Shown piece by piece: positions 42,701 through 55,099 of a DNA stretch of 64,000 nt. The position numbers were made by a program, and so were the translations under genes. Below the pieces are notes generated by a model. The model saw only the letters and a list, made by a program, of their open reading frames with translations, searched no databases and was not told the origin of the DNA. How positions within the stretch are numbered: the first letter of the stretch is position 1; each line of letters starts with the position of its first letter. The DNA lies in assembly GCA_951406725.2 (NCBI GenBank), contig OX597822.1, positions 39,866,001 through 39,930,000 of the forward strand. Direction: 5' to 3'. The DNA is from Octopus vulgaris. Its lineage: Eukaryota.

Positions 42701-43705
42701 ACAAAGAATTTAATATTGTACAGAATTGAATATGTTCAAATAAATTGATGTATATGCGTCAGTTTATCCGTTTTCTTTTCCTATTACTTAAATTTACGCA
42801 CGTGTGTGTGTATATATATGTGTGTGTGTGTGGTAACTTGACTAAATATCCTGTTCGCCCATAGGTGAAACTCAGAGTGAAACTCGACCAAGATAAAATA
42901 TCCGTGTTGCATGTGGACTGCAACAGTCCGCATTAAACGGATGTCCGTTAATCTCTCTCTACTTCTTTTTAAAAAACCCGCTTCTCTAGCCATGTCTCTT
43001 TCCTAAGCCGCTGCCTACATCACCGACTCATCCCTAAAGGTTTCCGCCTCCACTTCCACCCTGCTCTCCACTCGGATTCTTCCATCTTACCCATACTCCG
43101 CACCACATCTTACCGCCTTATGCGGGCCACCATTCGCTCCAATCTCTCCAAACTACATGCCATCAACCGCCTTCTTCCTCCTGCTTTCTCCACCTTCTTC
43201 TCCTCTCTGCCGCCTCTCTATGCTCCAAACACGCTACGCTTCATTATCCATTTGAATCAACTCTTCCATCAATTTCTTTCTGATACCAAACTTCGTAAAC
43301 TCCAATCACTCTTCCATTTCACCCTACCCGACGCCACTACCCCAACTCCTCCACCACCCTTCTCCCTCCCGATAGGCTCCATCCACCCACACCTAACCCC
43401 ACTGCCCCTCCCTACAACCCCTTCTCCCCTCCCGTTAGGCTCCATCCACCTACACCTAACCCTACTGCCCCGCCCAACCACCCCCACACACCTCCCCAAT
43501 CCCTCCCCCTCAGACCTCCACGAGACCTACCACCCCTCCTACTTCTATTCCACCCACCCCTTCTCCACTTCCGTCTGTTGTTACCATTCCCCCCGATCTT
43601 CCCCTCTCTGCGGCTGTACGCTCCGTCCTTGGTAGGGGTCTGCGTTTCATCCCCCTCACTCCATCCTGTAAGGAATTCCAGACGCGAGTTGATGTCCACA
43701 GCTTT

Positions 43706-46111
43706 GTGCGCCGTGTCCGGTTGGGTGCGCATTACCACGACTCGCCACCCACACCCAACGAAGAGGACGACTGCTTCACTGGCCTGGGCCGCCGACCATC
43801 CCCGTGGACGCCTGCCCCTGGTCAGATCCTAGCAGTGGATCTTTTCGCGGGCGCTTGTCAGCGTGCATTGGAGCGGTTCAACTTCTCCAGGCGCCAACGC
43901 CGCCTCAACATCTCCCCGGCTGAGCTCGTGGCTCTTCGTTCCCTCCAACGGCGCGCTGATATTATCATCAAACCGGCTGACAAGGGTGGAGCTGTAGTGG
44001 TGTGGCGCGCGGATCTCTATAGGGCCGAGGCTTTCCGCCAACTCAATGACACCTCCTTCTATTCCCCTCTGCCCTCTAACCCCACACGTAGCTACCAACA
44101 GACGGTATCCTCTACTGTCCAAGACCTCATCTCGTCCTCCCGTCTCCCCCGCACCGCATCCAACCTAATTGTGCGAACCCCACGTACCCCCACCATTTAC
44201 TTCCTCCCCAAAATCCACAAACCCAACAACCCTGGCCGCCCCATCGTCTCCGCCTGTAACTGCCCCACGGAGCTCATCTCTAAATACCTCGACCGTGTCC
44301 TTGCCCCCCTAGTGGCATCTCTTCCCTCCCACATCCACGATACCAACCATGCTCTCCGGCTTTTCAACTCTTTCTCCTTTCCTCCCGGCTCCTCCAAAAT
44401 CCTTTTTACTATGGACATCCAAAGCCTCTATACTGTTATCCCTCACCACGAAGGAATGCAGGCCCTTCGACACTTTCTTGACCTCCGCTCTAACCCTGTA
44501 CCTGACACCTCCACACTCATTCGTCTGGCCGAACTTGTCCTTACTCTGAACTGCTTCTCGTTCGCGGGCGAGTTCTACCATCAGGTCTCGGGAGTGGCCA
44601 TGGGAACGCGAATGGGCCCCAACTATGCGAACCTGTTCGTTGGCTATGTTGAGGCCCAAATATTCTCTAATTTCACTGGTCCCACTCCTGAACTATATGG
44701 TCGTTATATTGACGACATTATCGGTGCCACCTCACTCTCCCGCGAACATCTAGATTCCTTCCTCTCTTTCGTCCAATCTTTCCATCCAGCCCTCCACTTC
44801 ACTTCCACTATCTCCAACACCTCTGTCTCCTTCCTCGACATTTCGGTTAGCATTCTTCACTCCACTCTTACCACCTCCATTCACTACAAACACACAGACT
44901 CACACTCATACCTCAACTTCTCTTCCTCCCACCCAGAACACACCAAGCTTTCCATCCCCTATTCCCAATTCCTCCGTCTACGTAGGCTCTGTAGTGACGA
45001 CCATGGCTTTGAGACTCAGTCTCAACGTATGGCTCACCACTTCACCCTACGTGGATACCCCCTCACCACTATCCACACCGCCCTTGCCAGAGCACGTTCC
45101 GTGGACCGTGTATCTGCTCTCTCTCCCCGAACCCGCCCTGTAGTCTCCCGCCTCCCTTTTCCCCTCACTTACCACCCCACGACCCTACGTCTCCAACGCA
45201 CCATTCTTCGAGCTTTCCGTCATCTCCAGTCCGACCCGTCCACTTCACACCTCTTCCCTAACCGACCCCTCCCCTCTTTCAAACGAGCCCACAACCTTCG
45301 AGACCTTTTGGTCCATAGCTCCTTCCCTGACCCTACCTCCCAACCCGGCTCGTTCCCCTGCTCCCGCCCACGTTGCCGCACTTGCCCTTACCTCTCCAAC
45401 ACCACCCGCCTCACTAGCACCCACCATCGACCCTATCCCATCATCCACTCCTTCACCTGCACCTCCAGCAATATTATCTATTGCATCTCTTGCTCTCTCT
45501 GCAATTCCTTGTACATCGGACAAACGGGACGCCGCTTGGCTGACCGGTTCGCGGAACACCTTCGTGACATCCACCTTGCGAACGACACACCGGTCTCACG
45601 CCATTTCCGCTCCACCGGTCACTCCTTGCAACACCTATCTGTGTTCGGTTTGTCCTTACACAGAGGCCATCCGGATTCCCGTTTGCGCCGTGAACAGGAA
45701 TTAATCTTCTCTCTTCGCTCTTATACGCCATTTGGTCTCAACTCTCCCCCCTCCTCATCTAACCCCCTCTCCCCCTCCTCACCTATCCTTTCTCCCCCGA
45801 CCCCTACTTCTTCAGTCCTTCATCCTTTCACCCCTACTCCCCTTCCCTTCTTCCCTCTTTCTCCCTCCCTCTTCCCCTTCCCTCTGCTCCCTCACTCCCT
45901 CTCTCCCCTCTCTCTCCCCCTCTCCCTCTTTCCTCCTTCATCCCCCTCCTCCCCTTCCTTCTCCCCATCCTCTCCTCTTCCCCTTCTCCTCCCCTCTTCT
46001 TCCCCTCCCCTTCTCCCCCCTCTTCTCCCCCTCCCCCTCTTCTCACTACACCACATGACTTTACACATCACATCACATATGATGTGCCATACTAATACAC
46101 ACACCAACTAA
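43706..46111 (+). CDS. PLE reverse transcriptase + GIY-YIG endonuclease (main open frame)
   Basis: IIIKPADKGGAVVV, YFLPKIHK..GRPIVS, TMDIQSLYTVIP, GVAMGTRMGPNYANLF, RYIDD (YIDD at 44705-44716), FLD, CSRPRCRTC, NIIYCISCSLC..YIGQTGR..RFAEH..PFGLN. Frame is open from 43460; natural stop probably TAA at 45760-45762. Confidence 0.92.
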   Translation: MRRVRLGAHYHDSPPTPNEEDDCFTGLGRRPSPWTPAPGQILAVDLFAGACQRALERFNFSRRQRRLNISPAELVALRSLQRRADIIIKPADKGGAVVVWRADLYRAEAFRQLNDTSFYSPLPSNPTRSYQQTVSSTVQDLISSSRLPRTASNLIVRTPRTPTIYFLPKIHKPNNPGRPIVSACNCPTELISKYLDRVLAPLVASLPSHIHDTNHALRLFNSFSFPPGSSKILFTMDIQSLYTVIPHHEGMQALRHFLDLRSNPVPDTSTLIRLAELVLTLNCFSFAGEFYHQVSGVAMGTRMGPNYANLFVGYVEAQIFSNFTGPTPELYGRYIDDIIGATSLSREHLDSFLSFVQSFHPALHFTSTISNTSVSFLDISVSILHSTLTTSIHYKHTDSHSYLNFSSSHPEHTKLSIPYSQFLRLRRLCSDDHGFETQSQRMAHHFTLRGYPLTTIHTALARARSVDRVSALSPRTRPVVSRLPFPLTYHPTTLRLQRTILRAFRHLQSDPSTSHLFPNRPLPSFKRAHNLRDLLVHSSFPDPTSQPGSFPCSRPRCRTCPYLSNTTRLTSTHHRPYPIIHSFTCTSSNIIYCISCSLCNSLYIGQTGRRLADRFAEHLRDIHLANDTPVSRHFRSTGHSLQHLSVFGLSLHRGHPDSRLRREQELIFSLRSYTPFGLNSPPSSSNPLSPSSPILSPPTPTSSVLHPFTPTPLPFFPLSPSLFPFPLLPHSLSPLSLPLSLFPPSSPSSPSFSPSSPLPLLLPSSSPPLLPPLLPLPLFSLHHMTLHITSHMMCHTNTHTN

Positions 46112-46430
46112 TACATACTAATACGTACTAATACATACTAGTACATACTAATACTTACACCAACCCTATACATACACACGTCCAGACCCCGCATACGCAC
46201 TTATACTCTCTCACACACACACACACACACCTATACATACCAATACGTACTAATACATACTAATACATACTAATACATACACCAACCCCATACATACGCA
46301 CGTCCAGACCAATCCTACGCACTAATACTCTCTCATACACACACACACACACACACACACACCTTATACATACTAATACATACACCAACCCTATACATAC
46401 ACACATCCAGACCCCTCCCACGCACTTTTA
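46085..46430 (+). repeat. About three imperfect ~120-bp tandem units in PLE 3' UTR
   Basis: CATACTAATACATACACCAACCC..CACGTCCAGACC..CGCACT repeated; same array at 26090-26410. Confidence 0.8.
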
Positions 46431-46598
46431 GCTGGTCCCTCAACCCTTTTATCAACCCTATTATCTCCCCTTATTTCGCTCTCGCGTCTCATGTTTGATC
46501 TTTGACCTCTGGCCGAAATCAGATCGCCATGTTGATTCGTTAGCTACTGCACGCATTTTTTTTCTCTCCTTCTTTCTGTGTTTTTCTCTCTCTGTGTA

Positions 46599-46637
46599 TC
46601 TTTCTGTTGAAGAGCGTAGGCTCGAAACGTTAAAGAC
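46599..46637 (+). ncRNA. Hammerhead-like motif in PLE 3' region (atypical core)
   Basis: TCTTT-CTGTTGA-A-GAGC(GTAG)GCTC-GAA-ACGT-T-AAAGA, about 100 nt before the element end. Confidence 0.65.
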
Positions 46638-46733
46638 TTGTTTTATTTATATTTCCTGAGCGCCATACTAATACAATTGTTCGTTTGTTTTCCACCTGCC
46701 TTCGTCTTTTGTTTATTTTCATAAAGCTTCCCG

Positions 46734-46781
<48 letters not shown>

Positions 46782-46899
46782 CACACACTCACACCGCACA
46801 CATATAGATTATTGGCATTTTACTACTGTGAATAACTTAATAAGAGAAAACTCCAGAAAACACAAACGGCTTTATATTTATTCCTTGAAAAGCAACAAA

Positions 46900-47860
46900 T
46901 TTGTGAGGCCAGATCAGTCAACAATTCACATGATATCCCTTCGATAGTTACAAGAAAAATGTGAACAACATGACGATCGCTCTATTTGCAATGTTGACAC
47001 CCTGAAAGCCTTCAAATTTGTAAATAGAGAAGACCGCTTTAAGATCCTTGCCAGAATTAGGTACCCTCTGAGGATCCTTTGGATTGTTCAATCATTCTAC
47101 ACATACATGAAACATGAAAGATACCATTCAGTTTGGTGAATTTTCATTGAAATCCGTCAGTATTTGCAGTGAAATCAAATAAGGTTGTGTACTCGTCTCT
47201 ACTATCGTCGACACCTTCACTGTCATACTGAAGCTTACCTTTAGCATCCCAACTCATGGCGTTTACTTTTACTGGAGTTTGGGCAGGAAACTACTAAGCC
47301 TGTCCCGATTGATGCGAAAACCAAAGCACGCGAAGTGCCCCTCCAGCGACATGTTTGTTTGTAAATGATGCAGCGCTGATAACACACCAGGAGTAAATGC
47401 AACGTTTTCTTGATAGTCTCACAAGAGCCGATCAAGACTTCGGCTTCACCATCATCGAAAGAAAACGAAACTACTGCGCCAAGTTGCTGAGCGCTCACTT
47501 ATCATTATCATCCACAAGTTCACATACCTCAGCTCCACCATCAAATCCCTAGAGTCTAAGATTAACAGATGTACTGAAAGAATTGGATAAACACTAGCTA
47601 AACTGACAATGAGAGAACTGCAAGCGAACGGCGCACATCAAGTTGCAGTCTAAAGAACCTGCATTTGGATTATCCACTTCAGACAAGAGTGGCGTACCAA
47701 CACATTCAGCCACACTGCATAAGACGCATACCGGTCATCAAGCGCACTAACCGAGTCACCAAAGATGAGGGCGTAGCTCGCGTCCAGATACTCAGCCGTG
47801 TCATCTTATGTAACACCTCCGCATGCTCGGCTACGTACAATGTATAGAGAACTAGCCTTC
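46900..47860 (+). pseudogene. Heavily decayed RTE/BovB-like RT
   Basis: LQEKCEQ..LKAF..VNRE..FKILARI, AKTKARE..RDMFV..NDAAL, DFGFTI and FTYLSSTI remnants with many stops and frameshifts. Confidence 0.7.
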
Positions 47861-48117
47861 GTTAAGACAGCGCAGGGATAACACCATCTTCGTTTCAAAA
47901 ATGTCACCAAGAGATACATGTTGTCCCTTTACATGAGAGTTGGAAAGGTAGGAGGACATCGCTGGAGTTATCTCCCACTGTGAGACTGTAAGCAAACAAG
48001 TAGGCTCAGTTCCATGATCTCGCGAGACTAACGGATGCCTCCACACAAACACACAACGACATGCCGAACATATCGAGTAACATACAGACTCCTTTTTTGC
48101 AGAGCTAAGCATGATGA

Positions 48118-48140
48118 ATCTATCTATCTATCTATCTATA

Positions 48141-48194
<54 letters not shown>

Positions 48195-48196
48195 GC

Positions 48197-48239
<43 letters not shown>

Positions 48240-48244
48240 GTTGT

Positions 48245-48275
<31 letters not shown>

Positions 48276-48291
48276 CATCCATCTATTTACA

Positions 48292-48336
<45 letters not shown>

Positions 48337-48471
48337 GTCTATCTATCTGTCTGTCTGTCTGTCTGTCTGTCTGTATGTCTGTCTGTCTGTCTGTCTGCCT
48401 GCCTGCCTGTCTGTCTATCTGCCTGTCTGTCTGTCTGTGTTGTGTCTATCTGTCTGTCTGTCTGTGTTGTG

Positions 48472-48552
<81 letters not shown>

Positions 48553-48700
48553 TTATTTATCTATCTATCTATCTACCTATCTATCTGTCTGTCTGTCAGG
48601 CAGTTGATTTGTCTCTCTGATTCTCGCCTCCTCTCTTTCTCTCTCCCTCTCTTTTTTCTCTCTCCCCCTCTCTCTCCCCCTCTCTCCCTTTTCCTCTACA
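48118..48700. repeat. (TATC)n/(TGTC)n microsatellite
   Basis: Direct reading. Confidence 0.95.
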
Positions 48701-49398
48701 CACACGTATCAACGTCGATCTATATTTACATCGCTGATATTATACATTATACACCATTAAACAAAACAACATGCACCATTAAACTGCATAAAATATATTC
48801 ATTTCAACAAATAAAAGCATTTCAGAAGCAGAATGCTACATTAGTTCTCCATTAAACTATTCTCAGAAAACACTAACATTGCTGAATATATTTTAATAGA
48901 AACAGACATTTTAAGCCATCGTTTCATTCTGTTCTTAACCTCCCTTCATATTTATCGTTGTTCATTATTTTTCGTCTTCGTTCATTTTTATCTTTGTTTA
49001 GACTCATCATTGTTTAGTCTTATCTTTGTTCACTCATCTTTGTTCAGTAATCTTTGTTCCGTTTTCTTTGTTGAATTTTCTACTTTTATTCAATTCCTTA
49101 TATTTCCCTACACTCTTGTTCTCTCAGACGATCAGCAGTTGTACTTTTAATGGAGGCGAAAATGCATTTTGCTAAGATGCCGCTTGTCTTAACAAGGGAA
49201 GTAAATCATACCGTCTTAGTAGAGACTATTACTCACGGATGTTGTAAACAGTGAAGATGTCAACATGACACTATTAATTATATTTTTTTAACTAATTAAA
49301 CAAAATTGTTAATTTATATTTTCTAATTACATTTTCTTTCAATAGAATTTCGCAAAAAAATTTTCTTCTCTACACTCAAAATTATTTGGACATGTTTA

Positions 49399-49519
49399 TT
49401 TCTTCTTCTTCTTCTTCTTCTTCTTCTTCTTCTTCTTCTTCTTCTTCTTCTTCTTCTTCTTCTACTTCTTCTTCTTCTTCTTCTTCTCTTTCTCCTCCTC
49501 CTCCTTGCTGCTGCTGCTG

Positions 49520-49602
<83 letters not shown>

Positions 49603-49606
49603 ACAA

Positions 49607-49705
<99 letters not shown>
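49399..49705. repeat. Compound (TTC)n-(CTG)n-(CTA)n trinucleotide repeat
   Basis: Direct reading. Confidence 0.95.
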
Positions 49706-49799
49706 TGACGACAACGGCGATGATATGATTTCTTATGTTCGCCATAAGGGCATTAATGAGGGATATTATATATGGACAACATAAAAAGTTGGAATTTAA

Positions 49800-50330
49800 T
49801 AAAAAAAAACATGGTGGGAAGAAAGGTAGAGGATGAGATGAAGACATACATAGAATACGAAATATGTAAACACATGAATGATACAGTCTAATACAAGGGA
49901 GGCTCTAACTAGGGTCAATGAAGGCCCGAGTAAGAAGTACAATCGCCTTGATCACCAAGGGGCATAATTCCTTACCCAGCTGTTGTACAGACGAATACAT
50001 AGAAAAGCCCCATTCACCCTAACTACCTTTCCTACAGTCACACACATCTTGACAAATTTACCAGGACAGACCACTTTCTTCTCCATCCTGATTTTCCCTT
50101 TCCAAATAGAACTTGAAAACGTCGAAGAGGGCTTCATTGAAGGGAAAGGGGACATCTGCCTTCAATACTTTCAGCCTTGTCCACCACGTATTCTCCTTTG
50201 CCACAGTCAGGAAACAGAGGATACTGCCAAGCTCACTATCCCTTCTTGAAACCTGGTAGTGGGGCAACCTCTTAGAAGGGTTCGACCGATAGCGGCTGCC
50301 ATATACGACCAGCATATCCACGTAAACTCA
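49800..50330 (-). mobile_element. Tx1/L1-like LINE ORF2 3' end
   Basis: VAKENTWWTRLK..FKFYL / KGKIRMEK..KF: AK..IW..R helix typical of L1/Tx1 ORF2 C-termini; frameshifted. Confidence 0.55.
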
Positions 50331-50784
50331 CGCTACAGCACTGAATAAGATTTTGATAATGAGAGTGTTGATAGAAACAGCGACTGAGACGAAGTCGTAC
50401 GATGAAATGATGCTTAGCCAAGCATAGAAACAGTACAACATTAATATACCTCTTTGGAACTGAAGCATTTATTTCATTCCATTACTGTCTTCTCTAGTAG
50501 TTGTAATATCTGGCCGTCTATTCCAATGTCTGTTACATGATTAAATAGAAATATAAATTAAAATTGGTGAAAGGAAAAAAAACTGAAATATTACACGTTG
50601 GTTACATTATTAGTGATATACAAATTCATGACGTGTCTCCCGCCATTATAACTAATCGACGACAAACATTATTTAAAGAAAGTTATTCGATAAAAATAAA
50701 TTAAATTAAGTTAATGTAACTATATTTCTATTGCATCCTAATTTAATTCGCCATTTATAATGCTAGACTATTCTGTCAATAGAA

Positions 50785-50817
<33 letters not shown>

Positions 50818-50835
50818 TGTATGTATGTATGTATG

Positions 50836-50869
<34 letters not shown>

Positions 50870-50977
50870 TGTGTTTGTGTATGTACGTACGTATGTATGT
50901 ATGTATGTATGTGTGTATTCATGTATGTATGCATGCATCTTGTATGCATATGTCTATCGATCAGGGACTCTCTCTCC

Positions 50978-51018
<41 letters not shown>

Positions 51019-51019
51019 A

Positions 51020-51050
<31 letters not shown>

Positions 51051-51178
51051 GATGTATGACTATACATATATCTATATAATATATATATGTATATGTATGT
51101 ATATATATATATATATGTGTGTGTGTGTATATATGTATATGCAAGTTTACATATACACCTATATATATATATACATAT

Positions 51179-51234
<56 letters not shown>

Positions 51235-51606
51235 GGAGATTCATGTATATATATATATATATATATGGAGATCATGTATATATATATATATTTACAGACA
51301 CTCATACACACATGTATATGTAACAGTAAACTTGTTGCTAGGCAGCAAATAATGATCATCACGTTTCGCTATTAACCTCTTCTATGTAGCAGTCATGTAG
51401 ATTTAACTTCTTACTTCAGACACCTTCTGTTCATCATTGGAGATACTGAATCTCGTCTAATCGAAATGTCATTGTTTGCATTGTCTCAAAGCGCAATGAC
51501 ATCACACTCTCTCCAGTTGACCCAGATTCCTTTCACAGTTTCCCATCTTTTTACCAAACAATATTGTGACTACCAGCGAGTTAATCGATTCTCTGATTAC
51601 AGTCAC

Positions 51607-51670
<64 letters not shown>

Positions 51671-51745
51671 GATTAAGATGGCTAGACGCAATTTAAAATC
51701 AAAACGAAAGATTTCAAGCGTTACGAAAGTGCAGCACGAACATTG

Positions 51746-51802
<57 letters not shown>

Positions 51803-51884
51803 TACATATATATATATATATGTATGTATGTATATGTGTTTGTGCATATTCATGTATATATACATATATATATATATGTATATG

Positions 51885-51931
<47 letters not shown>

Positions 51932-52157
51932 GTATATACATATGGACTATATAGGTATATAGTCGATTGTTTGTATTATAGTGCATTGTTGTACCATTAA
52001 GACTATATTCTTTACAAACAATACACAATCCTCTCCTATGTATATATATATATATATCTATAACTATATATGTATAAATATATATAGACGTGTATATGTA
52101 TGTATGTATGTATGTATATATATGTATATATATATACAGAGAGAGAGAGAGAGAGAG

Positions 52158-52231
<74 letters not shown>

Positions 52232-52399
52232 ATATTTATAGGCAGAAACAAGGAAAATGCCCCTTGTATTCGATTACTATGCAAATAATCTTTTAAAAAA
52301 ATTTCATTTAATGTTTCCAAAAGATAATTGTTTTCCATACTCAGAGTTGAAAGAGTTTGAATAACTGAAACCGGTGTCAAAATGTTCTTTATGATAAAA

Positions 52400-52465
<66 letters not shown>

Positions 52466-52511
52466 GTGTGTGTATATATATATATACACACACATACGTA
52501 CATAAATATCG

Positions 52512-52643
52512 ATTTCAAGGGCCCACACCTCTGGGTTTCAGGGGCCCACAGTTTTTTTTATATTCTCCCAAAGTGCCTTAGGATCCTGCACAAAGTAGAT
52601 GTAGGCGTTTTAAAATCAAGGATGGACCTTTTCCTGTCGAGAA
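52512..52643 (+). mobile_element. CR1-like LINE fragment (same family as 1-250)
   Basis: FKGPH..ILPKCLRILHKVDVGVLKSRMDLFLS; shared CAAAGTAGATGTAGGCGTTTT. Confidence 0.7.
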
Positions 52644-53216
52644 TATATATATATATATATATATCCATACGTACATATATATATATATGTATATATACAC
52701 ACACACAGACATGCGCGTGCGCACACACAGGCATATATATATATACACATGTATATTATATATGTATGCAGGACGTACATACGTATACACATAGATATAG
52801 ACATAACTATACAGACATACACAAACATATATACACATAAACCTACATTCACAAATACATATATACATTCATACACACACATACACACATACATACATAT
52901 ATACATACACACATACATACATACATACATGCATACATACATACATTCAGACGTCCATACCATACACGCACATATACTCACGACGCACGCGACGCACAGA
53001 CAGACTGTATGCAAATTAAATTAGTGGAATATTGAAATCATGCGAGACGCAAGGTAATTGTCTTGAATTATAACAGACATTTATTGTTGTGTCGATGTTT
53101 GTAGTATTTGTGGTAGTGGTAGTGGTTTGGCGATGGTGTGTTGGAGGTGGGGATGGTGTGGTGGTAATCGTTGTAATGGTAGTAGCGTTAGCACATTGTA
53201 GTATTATAGTGCTGGT

Positions 53217-53788
53217 GGCGGCGAGCTGGCAGAAACGTTAGCACGCCAGGCGCAGGCGAAATACCTTGCGGTATTTCGTCTGCCGTTACGTTGTAAGTTC
53301 AAATTCCGTCGAGGTCGACTTTACCTTTCATTTTTCGGGGTCGATAAATTAAGTACCAGTTACGCACTGGGGTCGATGTAATCGACTTAATCCGTTTGTC
53401 TGTCCTTGATTGTCCTCTCTGTGTCTAGCCCCTTGTGGGCAGTAAAGAAATAGGTAGTGGTAATGGTGTTTGTAGTAGTAGTGGTAGTGATAGTAGTAGT
53501 GGTGATAGTAGTGGTGGTTATAGCGGTAGCGTTGGTTGTGGTGGTAGTGAGGGTGGTAGTGCTTGTAGTAGTGGTGCTGGTAGTGGTAGTGGTGGTGGTT
53601 GTGGTGGTAGTGATAATGGTAATGGTGGTAGTAGTGGTGGTTGTTGTGGCTTTGCCTTTCATCCTTTCGGGGTCGATAAATTAAGTACCAGTTCCACACT
53701 AGGGTCGATGTAATCGACTTAATACCTATATCTGTCCTTGTTTGTCCCCTCTATGTTTAGCCCCTTGTGGGTAATAAAGAAATAGGTA
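53217..53788 (+). mobile_element. Two SINE family B copies separated by (GTA/GTG)n
   Basis: Full copy 53217-53456 and 5'-truncated copy 53650-53788, both ending AAAGAAATAGGTA. Confidence 0.85.
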
Positions 53789-54581
53789 TTGATGGTGGCA
53801 GTATTGCAGTACTGATAGTAGTGGATACATTTGTAGTAGTAGTAGTAGTAGTAGTAGTAGTTGTGGTTGTTGTGATGGTATGATGGTGGTATTGGTGGTT
53901 TTGTTTGTGGTGTTGGTGATGTTAATACATTGTAGTATTACACTACCGATGGTAGGGGGGTGGTTTTGATAAAAGTGGTGATGCCGATGGTATACTCTTT
54001 TACTCTTTTACTTGTTTCAGTCATTTGAGTGTGGCCATGCTGCAGCACCGCCTTTAGTTATCATTTCTAACAATTTCCTGAACCCTACAGCAATGCCGTA
54101 GCTTCAGTTTGAGCCGTCCGGTGCAACCCTTCAGTTTGCTACCAGCACCCTCTGTCTCCTATACAGGCTAATACAACAGACCCAAAGGTGCCAACCCATA
54201 AATCATCATTCGTGGCAGACTACCTTCATAGTCTCCCATCCCAGCTAGACTACTGCTCTACAATGGGGGTTCCTTACATTTTAGATACTCCAATGATGTT
54301 TGTAATCAGTTTAAAATTTGATCAAGCAGTCGGTTACAGTTGACTTTGCATCCGGATAGAAAAGATATGGTGGAAGCTGTAGAAAATTTTATAGGGTATA
54401 GCTGCGTATCTAAGTAGTCGGTTTCGAAACCCCTTATTTCGAGGTTCAGTTCCACTGCATAGTATCTTAAGCAAAGTGTCCCCTACGGTAACCCCGGTTT
54501 AACCAATACCATTTGAGTATATTTCGCAGAGGAAAGCTATGCAACATGGTAACAGGACTGCACTTGCATATAAAATGCTCA

Positions 54582-55087
54582 TCTATATATATAAAACTCT
54601 AGTTGTGTGAGTGTCTGTCCCCTTCGATTCAGATTCCTAACTCCTCCCACATTTTGCGGTGCAGTTTAACCAAATTCGGGTATCTTATAGTCGTGATTCA
54701 TATCGAGCCCGTCTGACTATTAGCGCGCGTCAACGATGAGTCTACGATTTTAAAAATAATTTAACATCATTTTTTATTCCATTTTAATGCATAAAATGCA
54801 TCGTATGTCGATGGCGGCGGAGTTGGCGTCCACGCTCACAGCTGCACCTGTTTGCTTCTCCCCCTTCCCTCCCTCGTGAAGCTGTGGGGAAGGGAGTGTA
54901 AAGAAATCAACGTCGTAATGCGTTGTGAAGGAAACCAGCGTTCTTTTAGAACAACGACTTCATGGCTTGAAGACACCAAAACAAAAATGGCTAAGAAAGC
55001 CCGAATTTATAAGGGAAGTAACTCTCTAAAAATGCTTATATAGTTATTTCCCTTACAAACCCGAGCAACGCCGGGCGATACTGCTAG
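54582..55087 (+). mobile_element. Non-autonomous Helitron
   Basis: A|TCTATATATATAAAA start, hairpin CCCGAGCAACGCCGGG, CTAG|T end. Confidence 0.85.
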
Positions 55088-55099
55088 TTAAATATAAAT

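Larger units (their letters stand above)
42941..46735 (+). mobile_element. Near-complete Neptune-type Penelope-like retroelement
   Basis: N-terminal HVSFLSRC..LIPKGF, RT, Cys linker, GIY-YIG, pyrimidine tract, about 120-bp tandem repeats, hammerhead-like motif; 3' end CCCGTT joined to (TA)n. Confidence 0.93.

Noticed and set aside
42965-42980. Programmed -1 frameshift at TTTAAAAAAC
   Set aside because: Not an in-frame X XXY YYZ heptamer relative to the 42941 ATG; a homopolymer indel is simpler.
43829-45731. Minus-strand ORFs overlapping the PLE
   Set aside because: Antisense shadows of a C-rich coding strand; no motifs.
45763-46111. Pro/Ser/Leu C-terminal tail of the 801-aa ORF
   Set aside because: Read-through into the pyrimidine tract; the sister copy differs in frame here.
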